Part shown: positions 1-10,929 of the stretch, in pieces
How positions within the stretch are numbered: position 1 is the first letter of the stretch
How the letters are laid out: the number at the start of each line of letters is the position of its first letter
Position numbers and translations under genes: made by a program
Notes under the pieces: model-generated
Told to the model about the DNA's origin: nothing
Seen by the model: only the letters and a program-made list of their open reading frames with translations
Databases searched by the model: none
Origin: Mytilus edulis
Lineage: Eukaryota
DNA length: 64,000 nt
Reading direction: 5' to 3'
Assembly: GCF_963676685.1 (NCBI RefSeq)
Contig: NC_092344.1
Coordinates: 103,168,001-103,232,000 of the forward strand

Positions 1-817
1 GTCAAGAACGTCTTACTGACAGTTATCCTTTTTGTATCGCCTACGTTCACTATAGTGTCTATTTTGTAGCTAATCCTAAAAACGTCATTACACCATAATC
101 GTCCGTCGTACCTAAACATCTTATCTTGTGGCATGCCAGGTTCAAATGGTACGTAAAGGGCAATACCGTAAGTGAAATTGCACACACGGGAAGATACAAT
201 TTTAGGTATATGACCATAAATAACAGCCCCTGTTAGAACTGACAGACTGCCTTCGTGAGGCACAAACACATCTTTATCTGGAAAAGCTTTTTTCACTGCA
301 TTTAACAATAATGCACATTCAGCATATCCTCCAACTAACATGATTGCACTGACATCTTGACACCTGTCATGCTGTAAGATTTCACTTATGTCTTTGACAA
401 GTTTTGATAGTGAGTTATTGAAAAATTCAAGAAATATTTTAACATCAATAAACAGTTTATCTCTCTTAATGTGAACTCTTCCTGAATATTGCGAATTGCT
501 TGCAATATCTTCAAAGCTACTTTGACAATTTTCCTCGCTAATTTCCAACAATGTTGCTGCAATTCTGCTACTAATCTTGGTATCCCCAGACTTAAATGTT
601 TTTTTCTTTCCTTCAAATGATCTCATCATATCCATATAATCAATTGGATGATTCTTCTTGAAAGCTATTATACACGGGCCAGAGAATAGACGGACCATCA
701 TCGACCTATACGCCATATTAACCGAATTTCCACCGTAATCCCCACCACGGACCTTGTGGATTATGTTCAAACAATTATCAGGTAGTACCTCTTGGGCAGA
801 TATATCAACTGTTCCAC
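1..817 (-). CDS. HSPA12: HSPA12-like gene 1, coding exon 4 (runs off window start)
   Basis: Acceptor ttttag at 818-823. Manual translation is open to position 1: (G)GTVDISAQEV...HKVRGGDYGGNSVN...IMLVGGYAEC...GAVIYGHIPKIVSSRVCNFTYGI...WCNDVF, collinear with the 20518..21645 ORF. Confidence 0.93.
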
Positions 818-959
818 CTAAAATTGGAAATGATTAAGAAATGAAGTATGGATTTATCCATAAAATAGAATAAGAGTTAAAAGAGCAAATTCGCGTAAAT
901 GTACCCTACTCCAAAATTACTACAAAGACCATCTATAATTATATCCTTTAAGATATATA

Positions 960-3420
960 TTAAGCTAATCTGCAATCAATTCCATCTTCATGCATAACAT
1001 AACATGCACTGTGTAATAACTTAAGATTCAACTGACTAGGAAAGGTAACACTAGGCAACGACATCTTATTTATTAGTTTTGTCTAGGTGGCTGTGTGGTC
1101 TAGATCGTTGGAAACAGCACAGGTGGTGCAGACGGTGTTATATCGATATCACAATAGTCTCGAGCTTGAATCCCGGCGAGGAAAGAACAAACATTTGCAG
1201 ATTTAATATTATTGTGCTGATATTTAGAGTAGTAATGTATATATAACAGATCTAACATTGTTGTGCTGTTATCAATTTAGACAAATTATATATACAGAAG
1301 TGTTTTCAGCCTTGTATCACCATCACTGGTGATCCGATGGATACAATTTGTTGTAGAGTTGTAACTGGATGATGTATACATATATTTTGTTTAAATAACA
1401 GCCCAACAATGTATGTAAGAACTGTAAATTTTCAGAAGCAAATTATTTGTTCTTCCCTGGCCGGGATTTGAACTCATGCTTCTGAGATATCGTGGCACAA
1501 AAAATTGCTTGCACTGTGCCCGACGCGCTAGACCACTAGACCACCTAGGTTCTACAATAATAAAGCTTTCGCTAGCAGGGATGGGGTAATTAAAAATGTA
1601 ATGGTAATTAAGTGTAATGCATTACAATTTTCCATGTAATTGAAAGTAATGTGTAATTGAGCATTTTTTTAATTACATGTAATGGTAATTTAATTAATTA
1701 CATTGAAAAAAGCATGTAATGCTCAATTACTTTTGAATTACATTTCAATTGCATGTACTTTTTTTGGTGTTACAGTTAAGGATTTGTGTTTAATAATATA
1801 AATTGTAAAATTATATATATTTTTCAAATACTAATATCAATTCTTTTTGTTCTGAAGTTTTTATATCATTTATTTGACCTACAGATTTTTTTTTTGAATA
1901 GTCTTATAATTTAAAAAATGTTATAATCATATATAAGGGTTGTTCAGTTTTTAAGAAAGATCTTTAACTAAATAGATTGATAAGTAATAAACACCTTGTT
2001 AAACAAAAACAATAAAATGTGTCACTGTGAAACATCTTTCTGAAACAGTTCATTTAGAATTTAAAATCACTGCATACAATCATTTTGTCAAATTAGTATA
2101 CACAAAAGGATTATAGAATTCAAAATTAACAGCTGAAAAAACAAACAGCAATTAACCAGATAAAAATGTCCAGGGGGCAATGCCACTATTACTGATATTT
2201 TATCTAATTAGCAAAATATTGCTTATATTTAGACATTATATACATTGTTTGTACTAAAAATTATTTTCAATATTGTGACAAGCACACTTTTTAATACTTT
2301 TAAAGTAAAATAAAAAAAATATTTTAAATTTATTTATAATTTCTTTATTCATATTATGTTTAATTCAAAGGAGTTCATTTCTGAGATGTCAAAATACCCC
2401 TTGATGTATTGGCAAGTTAATAGGAACAAATTCCCTCTCCTATCAATATAATGATCTTCTAATCATAAAACTTCCATGTCCTGATCAAGCAATATCTTGC
2501 ACAACATTAGCTCCTGTAGAAAGACTATTTACAACTGCTGTTTTCAGACCACAAGATTCAGACTAATTGACAAAACATTAAAATAACTATATTGAATGAT
2601 TTTTCAAATGCAACGCTTCAACTACATATGCTTACATGAATATTTTATATTATTATCATTATATAAACATGTAAAATATTGTTAAAAAAAACCGTGATGA
2701 AATGTAATGTGTAATTTAATTAATTACTTTAGTAAAGTAATTGTAATTTAATTAATTACATTTCAAAAACCGTGTAATGTGTAATTAGTGTAATTGACCA
2801 TTTTTGCAATGTAATGTGTAATTTAATTAAATACATTCCAATGTAATTGACCCCAAGTCTGTTCGCTAGCCGGGTGCTATCTGTCCTCGTCAATTTTAAT
2901 CTAGCGTCGTTACACAGTACATAACATATATGACACGAAGATAGAATTTTTACAAATAAGCTCAATTATCACTAGTAGAGCATCTTACACATTAATATAC
3001 GATACAGTCACAGGAATAACTATTCTATAAGTACGCCTGAACCACTGACAACTCCACCAAAGATGTCACTCATCGTATCACCAGTGATGGCAATACAAGG
3101 CCAAGAAACACATTCTGTATAGATATAATTCTAAACAATGCAATGCAGTAAGAGAAATATTTATATTATATATAATCTGTCTCAAATTTTGCCCAACTAT
3201 GTTAGCTCTTCAAATATGCGTTAGAAAATATCTGTTCTCCCCTCAGCGGGATTCTAATCTTAACTTCTGTATTCACCGTTTCCTGCGCCCTAGACCACTC
3301 GACCACCCATGCAACATTAACATATATCTTTCGGTGGTCGATGTAGTGCATTTTCTCGTTTGCTTTATCTCGGACATGATGCATAGTGTCAGAATATGGT
3401 ATACCTTTACAGATCAGCTA
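960..3420. repeat. Cluster of three tRNA-like (Pol III A/B-box) repeat units in gene 1 intron 3, interrupted by a hAT element
   Basis: tRNA-like heads at ~1086-1180 (+), ~1450-1546 (-) and ~3233-3308 (-): GGTGGYYRWGTGGTCTAG ... T(T/C/A)RAATCCCG. The body TTGTATYRCCATCACTGGTGAT occurs at ~1312 (+) and ~3077-3098 (-). Confidence 0.65.
1576..2861. mobile_element. Non-autonomous hAT-type DNA transposon (1286 bp)
   Basis: Perfect 8-bp TSD TTCGCTAG (1568-1575, 2862-2869); imperfect TIRs CAGGGATGGGGTAATTA / CAGACTTGGGGTCAATTA; dense subterminal GTAAT(T/G) repeats; no transposase ORF. Confidence 0.88.
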
Positions 3421-3627
3421 CTTTTTCTGTCTTAAAAGAATGATAGTGTTAATTACCATGCCAAAAAATCGTTTTTTTTTTAATTATACACGTCTATAAA
3501 TATGACATCGTTCTGAGAGAGAGTTTTCATCGTATAACACATGGTTATACAGCTGGGGCCCAACAGCATAATAGTATATGGTGAACAGATTTGGTTCGGT
3601 CAACTGTATAACAATACAATAAATTAC

Positions 3628-3787
3628 CTCCAGCATCAACAACCAATAGCTTTGTACCAGGCTGGAAGGTTTTTAGGATTATTGTATGTTGATCATTCTC
3701 AGTCTTATCTACCTGAAGAAATCGAGCACAGACAGAGGCTGCCTCTGGTTCAAACACAAGTGTAAACTGGTCTCCTAGAATACCTGC
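3628..3787 (-). CDS. HSPA12: HSPA12-like gene 1, coding exon 3
   Basis: cag|GCAGGT...GCTGGAG|gtaatt; 160 nt; AGILGDQFTLVFEPEAASVCARF...KLLVVDAGG, containing the EPEAA motif and the start of phosphate-2. Confidence 0.93.
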
Positions 3788-4999
3788 CTGTTTGGAAAAA
3801 AAATGAAAACCTTATCTATTAATAGTATAACAATGTTCTGTTAGCATATTTTTAAAAATGTTTAGAATGTTTCTTTTGCATATCTAGTGTAATATCGGTA
3901 TCAGGATAGTTTAGAAGTTAGTAAAATGTTACTGTCTGATTCGATTTGTATAAATGATCAACAAAAATACTCATAATTCAATGTAAAATAAGGTGATATA
4001 GTTTATGTAAAACGTTTAAGTAGAACTTATCTTGATAATTATTGCCATAGTTTATAATATTTTCTTTTTCTCTTTGTTGTTCATTTTTCAAATTGCTTTC
4101 AATTTAACTGGGTGATAAAATTAAAGTAAAAGAGATATATATTTTTTTTCTGTCGTTTATCTTATGATTAAACGAAACCTTTAAAATCGTTTAGTAAATG
4201 ATTCATATTTAATCTAGCCCGTCATCTTAATTAAAATGTAAATGAAACAATCTGCTTAATTTTAAGCACGGTATAAAAAGGACACGAAAGGAAAACATTA
4301 GATGAAAACAAACCGCTTTTCTTTTTCTGTACAATCAACCCCCATAAACTTAATTTGCTTGAAACTTTACGGCTCAATCATCTTCTACTTACTTTTATTT
4401 ACTCGCATCTTCATGAAACAGGATCACCATATTTTTGTAATTTTTTTTTGGTGTCTATCAACACATTTTCCCGCTAACATAATCACTTCTTTTAAATGAG
4501 CAAAGTTATGATAATATCAAATCCGGGTCCTCCTTGTTTCAAAACAAGTTGTTTAATGTCAAATCGGTGTTGTAGATTTACATAGTTAATGACTTTTGAC
4601 AATTAAATATGTTCAATTTATGCAAGTAAAAATATTTATCAAATCAATTTTTTTTAGGATGTAAAGAAGGTGTTTTTATAATTAAAGAATTATTTAATAC
4701 CTATACGTAGTGACTTGGTTGGAGAGTTGTCCTCATTGGCACTGATACCACATCTTCTTATTAATATTGAAAGCACATGCTACATCGATAAATAAGGACC
4801 CAAATAATGCTAAACATCAGTATTACCTCAATATTAATTATTGTGTTGTCCCTGCTGATAAAATACCAAAACATCGATTTTGTGTGTAAGTCACAACACA
4901 TAAATTTCAGGACAAAGGATTCGGATATTGGCAATTAATTCGAAGTATATTTAAACTTCACTAACCAAGGAGAACATTTTGTGAATAATTTTAGGTATG

Positions 5000-5965
5000 T
5001 TTTATGTTCTTTTGAATTTCAACCAAAGATGGAAATTTGAATCTTGTTTCCCTAATTACATAAGTGACTCTACATACAGCGTTATATTTTGATAGGTCGT
5101 AACAGTACTCTATGAAACCTCTTTCTAAATTATTACCATCAATTTGTTACTTTATGAGGCTGGCTTCATACAGGAACTTCTCATGAAGAAAAAACCCGAA
5201 CTTAGTAATATCCTTTAACTTTATTTTACGCTATATAGATGATGTTCTCTCACTAAATAATTGATAATTTGGTGACTATGTTGAACGCATCTATCCAATC
5301 GAACTAGAGATAAAGGATACAACAAACACAGTTCAGTATGCCTCATATCTTGAGTTACATCAACAAATTGACAATGAGGATTGGTTGAAAAAAAATTGAC
5401 GACAAAAGAGATGATTTCAGCTTCCATTTCTATGTAGAAATCCAGCAGCGCTTGCATACGCAGTATATATCTCCCACTTGATACGATATTCCCAGGCTAG
5501 TATTTCCTATCATGAACTCTTTGATAGAGGGAAGCTATTAAACCAAGACTTTCAAATGGTGAAGATGAAATCATCCCTTTGTAAATTTTTCGGACGCCAT
5601 CCCGAGTTGGTTTACCGTTATTGAATATCCGTTTCACGGATAATAACGGATATGTTCCTTATGACGTAACTACAACCTATACCTTTTCACGAATGTAACC
5701 TACCGAATTTGACTACTTATTTACCAGGTTTGTAATAACATGAGCAACACGACGGTTGCCACATATGGAGCAGGATATGCTTACTTTTCCAAAGCACACG
5801 AGATCATCCCGAGATTTTGGTGGGGTTCGTGCTTTTTTTTAGTTGTCTATGTTGTGTCTGATGTACTTTTGTTTATCTGTTCGTCTTTCTCTTTTTTTGC
5901 CATGTCGTTGTCAGTTTATTTGAGATCTATGGGATTGCATGTCCCTCTTGTATCTTTTATATCTT
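5000..5965 (+). mobile_element. Degenerate Penelope-like RT remnant (family B) in gene 1 intron 2
   Basis: Broken RYIDDVLSLNN, YPIELEIKDT and DKRDDFSF motifs, plus the same 3' tail as 59911-60787. Confidence 0.8.
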
Positions 5966-6249
5966 TTATACTGTCACATTCAGTAAACTTAAGATGGGGA
6001 CCCAATCACGTTACATACAAATTTTAGAATTTAATGACTGTGTATAGTTATCAAAGATACCAGGATTATAACTGTGTGTGTGCCCTTTTAGGTCACCGAT
6101 ATAAAAAAAAAGAAGATGTGGAATGATTGCCAAAGAGACAACTCTCTAAAAGAAACAAAACGAAACATAAATTTACAGCTTTAGGTGTCCTGTGTAATAA
6201 ATGTATATTTCATTTGTAGCTGACTGTCAATTGATATATTTAACCATAC

Positions 6250-6468
6250 CTCAGAAGCCGACTCTCGCATAAACTGTTTACAAGAGTCATTCCATATCGC
6301 AGGTACAGTTATAATCCATTTTATTTTGTCTTCTTGAACTCCTATCTGCCTTTCATCAATTGTTTTCCTGAAATGCTCTTTTAAATACTTGATGCAAGAC
6401 GAAAACAAAAGTTTAGCTGATATTTCTTTGCCACCCTTCTCTTTTATCAAGAAATCCATTCTAACATC
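6250..6468 (-). CDS. HSPA12: HSPA12-like gene 1, coding exon 2
   Basis: tag|GATGTT...TCTGAG|gtatgg; 219 nt; ...KWIITVPAIWNDSCKQFMRESASE, the characteristic HSPA12 motif. Confidence 0.93.
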
Positions 6469-6519
6469 CTACAAATATTACAACAAAGAGTTATTAATAG
6501 AAAGATGGTAGTAGGACCA

Positions 6520-9457
6520 ATCATACCAATATTTCGGACCTAATTTCTATTTCAAAAAGCAACGGCAGACATTATCTGTTATCAAAGCTCTGTTCGTTAC
6601 CGATTAATAAGTTAAATAAAATTTTAGAGGATTGCAACACAATTTCATATAGCCGTCCTAAGTCTAAAATCGTTCAAATTATAATCGCATACTGTTATTC
6701 TGAACTGTTTCCAAAAAGTGATCGCCCTGAAGATCATAAAAAACATTTTATTAAAATAAAGTATGTCAATAAAGGTTTTGATTTTGTAAATATTGCCGGT
6801 ATTTTTAACGACCATTCTGTTAGAGAACAAATTCCTGGATAATTTGATAACACTGAGCTCCCTCTTATTTGTTATATTAACAATAAATCTACCCAGAAAT
6901 TTGGGTTTGATTTATAGCCAATTGTGTAAAGATGTTAATATCAGTGAAAATACACCTACTTCATGTAATTGCAGTAATTCCGAATACATTTATGGACCCA
7001 TTTCCCATGTTATAACAGAAGGTCTTAACATCGTTCAAGACCGAGAGTTAAAATCATTCCGCAGTAAAGGACCTAAATACCGTCCCCCGTCAATTATTAA
7101 TTGGAATTAGTGTCGTAATATCATCCACGACTCACTCCGTACTTACTGTTTGAAATGGATAAAACGGGAAAAAGCTGACAAAAAATCTTTGGACTCTTTT
7201 TTAATTCAGTAATGAACATAGTTGATATACGTATTCAACATTTTAAAGAACATTTTACTCTTAACAATAACCACAATAAACCTATTTCGCGTATCAAACA
7301 TAAACTAACAGAACTAGCCAAGGATTTTTTTTTTGTCCCGGCGGATAAAGCTGCTAATAATATTATAATTGTTTGACGTAAATTTTACATTGAGGTTCTA
7401 CAAAAGGAAATCACCAATTCACCAACATTCCAACTGACTCCATTTTCAGAAAACGACATCTGTAACAAACTTAAACTTTTAGCTACCGCTTTACAAGCAG
7501 AACCAAAAACAATGAAAGTCCCAACTATGTATTGGCTTCCGAAGCTACACAAAACACCGTACAAATATAGATTTATTTCGTCTTCAAGCCATTGTTCCAT
7601 TACTAAATTATCTATTCTTCTTACCCGTACATTTGGTGCGATCAAAAACCTGATAATACATTGTTCAAATAAGGCCTTCGAACATAGTGGAATTAATTAC
7701 TTTTGGAGTGCCAAAAACTCGTTGGAAGTACTTGATAAATTGCATGCTTATATTGGTGATTTTGAATATGTTCAAAGTTTTGATTTTTCTACCCTATATA
7801 CCACATTGTCTCAAATTCCCATTTAGAAAAAAATCACACACCTAATTAAATGGGCATTTAAAAAGTCAGAATGTGAATATATATGTTCAAACTCTTTTAG
7901 GTCATTTTTAAGTAGCAATAAACAAAAAAACTATGTCAATTGGACATGCTTTGGTACTGTATCTGCCCTTGATTTTTTACTAGATAACATGTTTGTTCAT
8001 TTTGGAGATTCTGTATATCGCCAGGTTGTCGGAATTCCAATGAGGACTAACTATGCACCACTTATTGTGGACTTGTTTTTGTATTGCTATGAGTTACAAT
8101 TTATGACAAAAATCAGCAAAGGCCAATCGAAACAACATCTGATACACAAATTTAATAATACTTTTAGATATTAGGATGATATTTTGGCTCTAAATAATGA
8201 CGACTTCAGTATTTATACTAAAGAAATGTATCCTGTTGAACTTACTTTGAATAAAGTTGATACTTACAATGACCACTGCCCTTTTCTCGATCTTGATATC
8301 TATATCATTAACGGAAAGCTTAATACTAAAATTTATGAAAAAGAGATGATTTCTCATTTCTTATCGTTAATTATCCATTGTTAGATGGTGACGTTCCCTT
8401 GTCACCACCTTACGGTATTTATATATCTCAACTTGTACGATTCGCTCGTGTATGTAACAATGTTTTTGATTTTAACGAGAGAAATTTATGTATTACTGAA
8501 ACATTATTACACCAGAGTTTTCGATATCACAAACTAGTCAAAACATTTACTAAATTTTATCATCGGTATAAGGACATCATTCGTAAATATAGCTCAACAT
8601 GCAGACTTCTTATACGTTCAGGTATTTCACATCCGATATTTTATGGAAATATTCTTTATAAAGGACAGAAATGTCAGTATTCACACCAGAAGCTAACAAA
8701 ACCTTTAAATAGACTTATTAAGAAGGGATATAGTTACGATACTGTTGTCTGGTCATTAAAGATTGTAATTTTTTGCGTTAATGATTCACTTATAGGGTCT
8801 TTGCATCGGAACTAAACACATTTATTTAAAAACAAATTGTTGGCATGACACGGGTTATGTTCTTCTCATTTATGTTATGGTATGATACTTAACCCCTCAC
8901 GGGAAGGATTATGCCTGATATTTATATGATGAAGACATAATCTTTCAATCAGTTTAATTAAAGTCTGGAGCTGCCATGTCAGTTAACTGCTAGTAGTCTG
9001 ATGTTATTTATGTATTATTGTCATTTTGTTTATTTTCTTTGGTTACATCTTCTGACATCAGACTCGGACTTCTCTTGAACTGAATTTTAATGTGCATATT
9101 GTTATGCGTTTACTTTTCTGCATTGGCTAGAGGTATAGGGGGGGGGGGGGGCTGAGATCTCATAAACATGTTTATCCCCGCCGCATATTTGCGCCTGTCC
9201 CAAGTCAGGAGCCTTTGGCCTTTGCTAGTCTTGTACTATTTTTAATTTTAGTTTTTTCTGTACAATTTGGAGTTTAGTATGGCGTTCATTATCACTGAAA
9301 TAGTATATATATTTGTTTAGGGGCCAGCTGAAGGACGCCTCCGGTTGCGGGAATTTCTCGCTGCATTGAAGACCTGTTGGTGACCTTCTGCTGTTGTCTT
9401 CTCTATGGTCGGGTTGTTGTCTCTTTGACACATTCCCCATTTTCATTCTCAATTTTA
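6520..9457 (+). mobile_element. 5'-truncated Penelope-like (Naiad-type) retroelement, family A, with in-frame TGA and SECIS-type 3' UTR; pseudogenised
   Basis: Frameshifted ORF pieces: FIKIKYVNKG, SCNCS...HVIT, KGPKYR, VPADKAANN, YWLPKLHKTPYKYRFI, FDFSTLYT, GIPMRTNYAP...DLFLY, FNNTFRY, FLDLDI, YGIYISQLVRFARVC. Stop at 8815, then ~640-nt 3' tail. No endonuclease domain retained. Antisense within gene 1 intron 1. Confidence 0.9.
8867..8928 (+). promoter_or_regulatory. SECIS-like hairpin, damaged copy
   Basis: GGTATGATACTTAA-CCC-CTCAC-GGG-AAGGATTATGCC-TGAT. Relative to 33215-33279, a 3-nt deletion removes the 5' AUGA core. Confidence 0.6.
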
Positions 9458-9945
9458 TTAGTTATTTGCTATCGATGTTAAAATGTGAACTAGCCGGAGA
9501 TAATATTATTCTTCTCATAAGGGTTTTCGGAGCTAAAACGGTAAAAAATCTGATTTCAAAATATACAATGCTTAAATAATTAATTTCTCTTTATTAATAT
9601 CAATTTCGATTAATATAAGATTGGAAGATGTAATATATTTGAATTTGCACTGTTGAATGCAATGTGATTGGTGCCAAATGCATTTTCAATCATTTTTGGT
9701 TTATGATCATATGAACCAAAAAACCTGTTTTTCGAGTAACCATTGCATAATTATTGTAACCATTGAATTCTGAACATAGAACCATTAATAGTACCAAAGG
9801 TCATGTGACTTCACAGATGTATACTTTAATCTCTTCCCATGATATCGATCTATTTCGTTTTTTTTTGTTTTTCAAATACGTGGTGTGATATGTACTAGCT
9901 GCATAGTAAGACGAAACTCACAATAGATTTAAAAAAAAAACTAAC

Positions 9946-10269
9946 CTCTCCTTCTTCCACTGCGGTATACAATGCCATTTTAAACCGTTCTACATAGTAC
10001 CAATTGTTTTGGTCTCCACAATTAAGAATTTCGTCCATTTTATCTTGAGCATCATACCCAAATGCAGAAAACGTCTTGTCTGAGTCAAACAGTATAGCAG
10101 CAGGGGCCTTCAATGATGTCATTGAACCAGTGCTAGGTGACCATCTAGGTACATGTACATCACACGGGTTTGTTTTGAATTGATAATCCATGGAGAAAGC
10201 ATATCCACATCCATCACTTCCTATATCTATGGCGACTACACACTGCGGGGCAGAGTCCATGTCTGCCAT
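9946..10269 (-). CDS. HSPA12: HSPA12-like gene 1, coding exon 1
   Basis: MADMDSAPQCVVAIDIGSDGCGYAFS...LKAPAAILFD...FKMALY...GE|gttag; 324 nt. The ATG is directly preceded by the acceptor tttccttccag, so an upstream exon probably exists. Confidence 0.9.
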
Positions 10270-10929
10270 CTGGAAGGAAAATAGCGTTTGATATATTCAC
10301 TTTTTGTGTCTTGATGATCAAACGATGCCATCCGTTTTCAAAAATTGTCTTTAGTTTTGTTACACAATGACGTGTTTTTTTGTGTATTTTAATGTACATT
10401 TCAGTTTAACAAAAGGGAACTTTTTAAAACTGATATTACTACTTACCAACATGTATTTCTAAAACGAAAATGAAATATTTTCTGTGCATATACACAATTT
10501 TGTTGTAATAAACTTTTTAATCTGAACAATCAGGCAAATATTTCCCAATGTCAATTATTTTGTCAATTCAAAAGTATACCATAAAATCAATGAGTCAGGG
10601 AAAACTTGATAAACATTTTTAATTACATTTAAAGTTTTTACATTTTCTTTTGAACCCAATCACAAAATACACACTGAATAAAAGCAAGAATACTTAAAGA
10701 TTTTTCATATTAAAGACTACGAAAACTCAAGTGAATGTGAACAAAGGGAGATACTAGGTATGCGTCATCTGAAAGCTTGCACAACTAAATATTAAAGAAA
10801 GGTTGAGAGCATGATATGAATACAAAATTCGAAATAAATTATCGATGAAATACATTAATAAAAACTACTTGTATAATCAACTTTTAACATCTTGTTATGT
10901 GTATAAAATTCAGAAAGTTAAATCAATCA

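Noticed and set aside
386-616. 76-aa minus-strand ORF
   Set aside because: Alternative frame overlapping the real HSPA12 exon 4.
1086-3308. Functional tRNA genes
   Set aside because: A/B boxes are present but I could not build acceptor or anticodon stems, and the copies are diverged; treated as tRNA-derived repeats.
7108-7110. Other in-frame stops in the family A element as recoding sites
   Set aside because: This one is TAG (others are TAA or follow frameshifts), not UGA at a Cys column; best explained as post-insertion decay.
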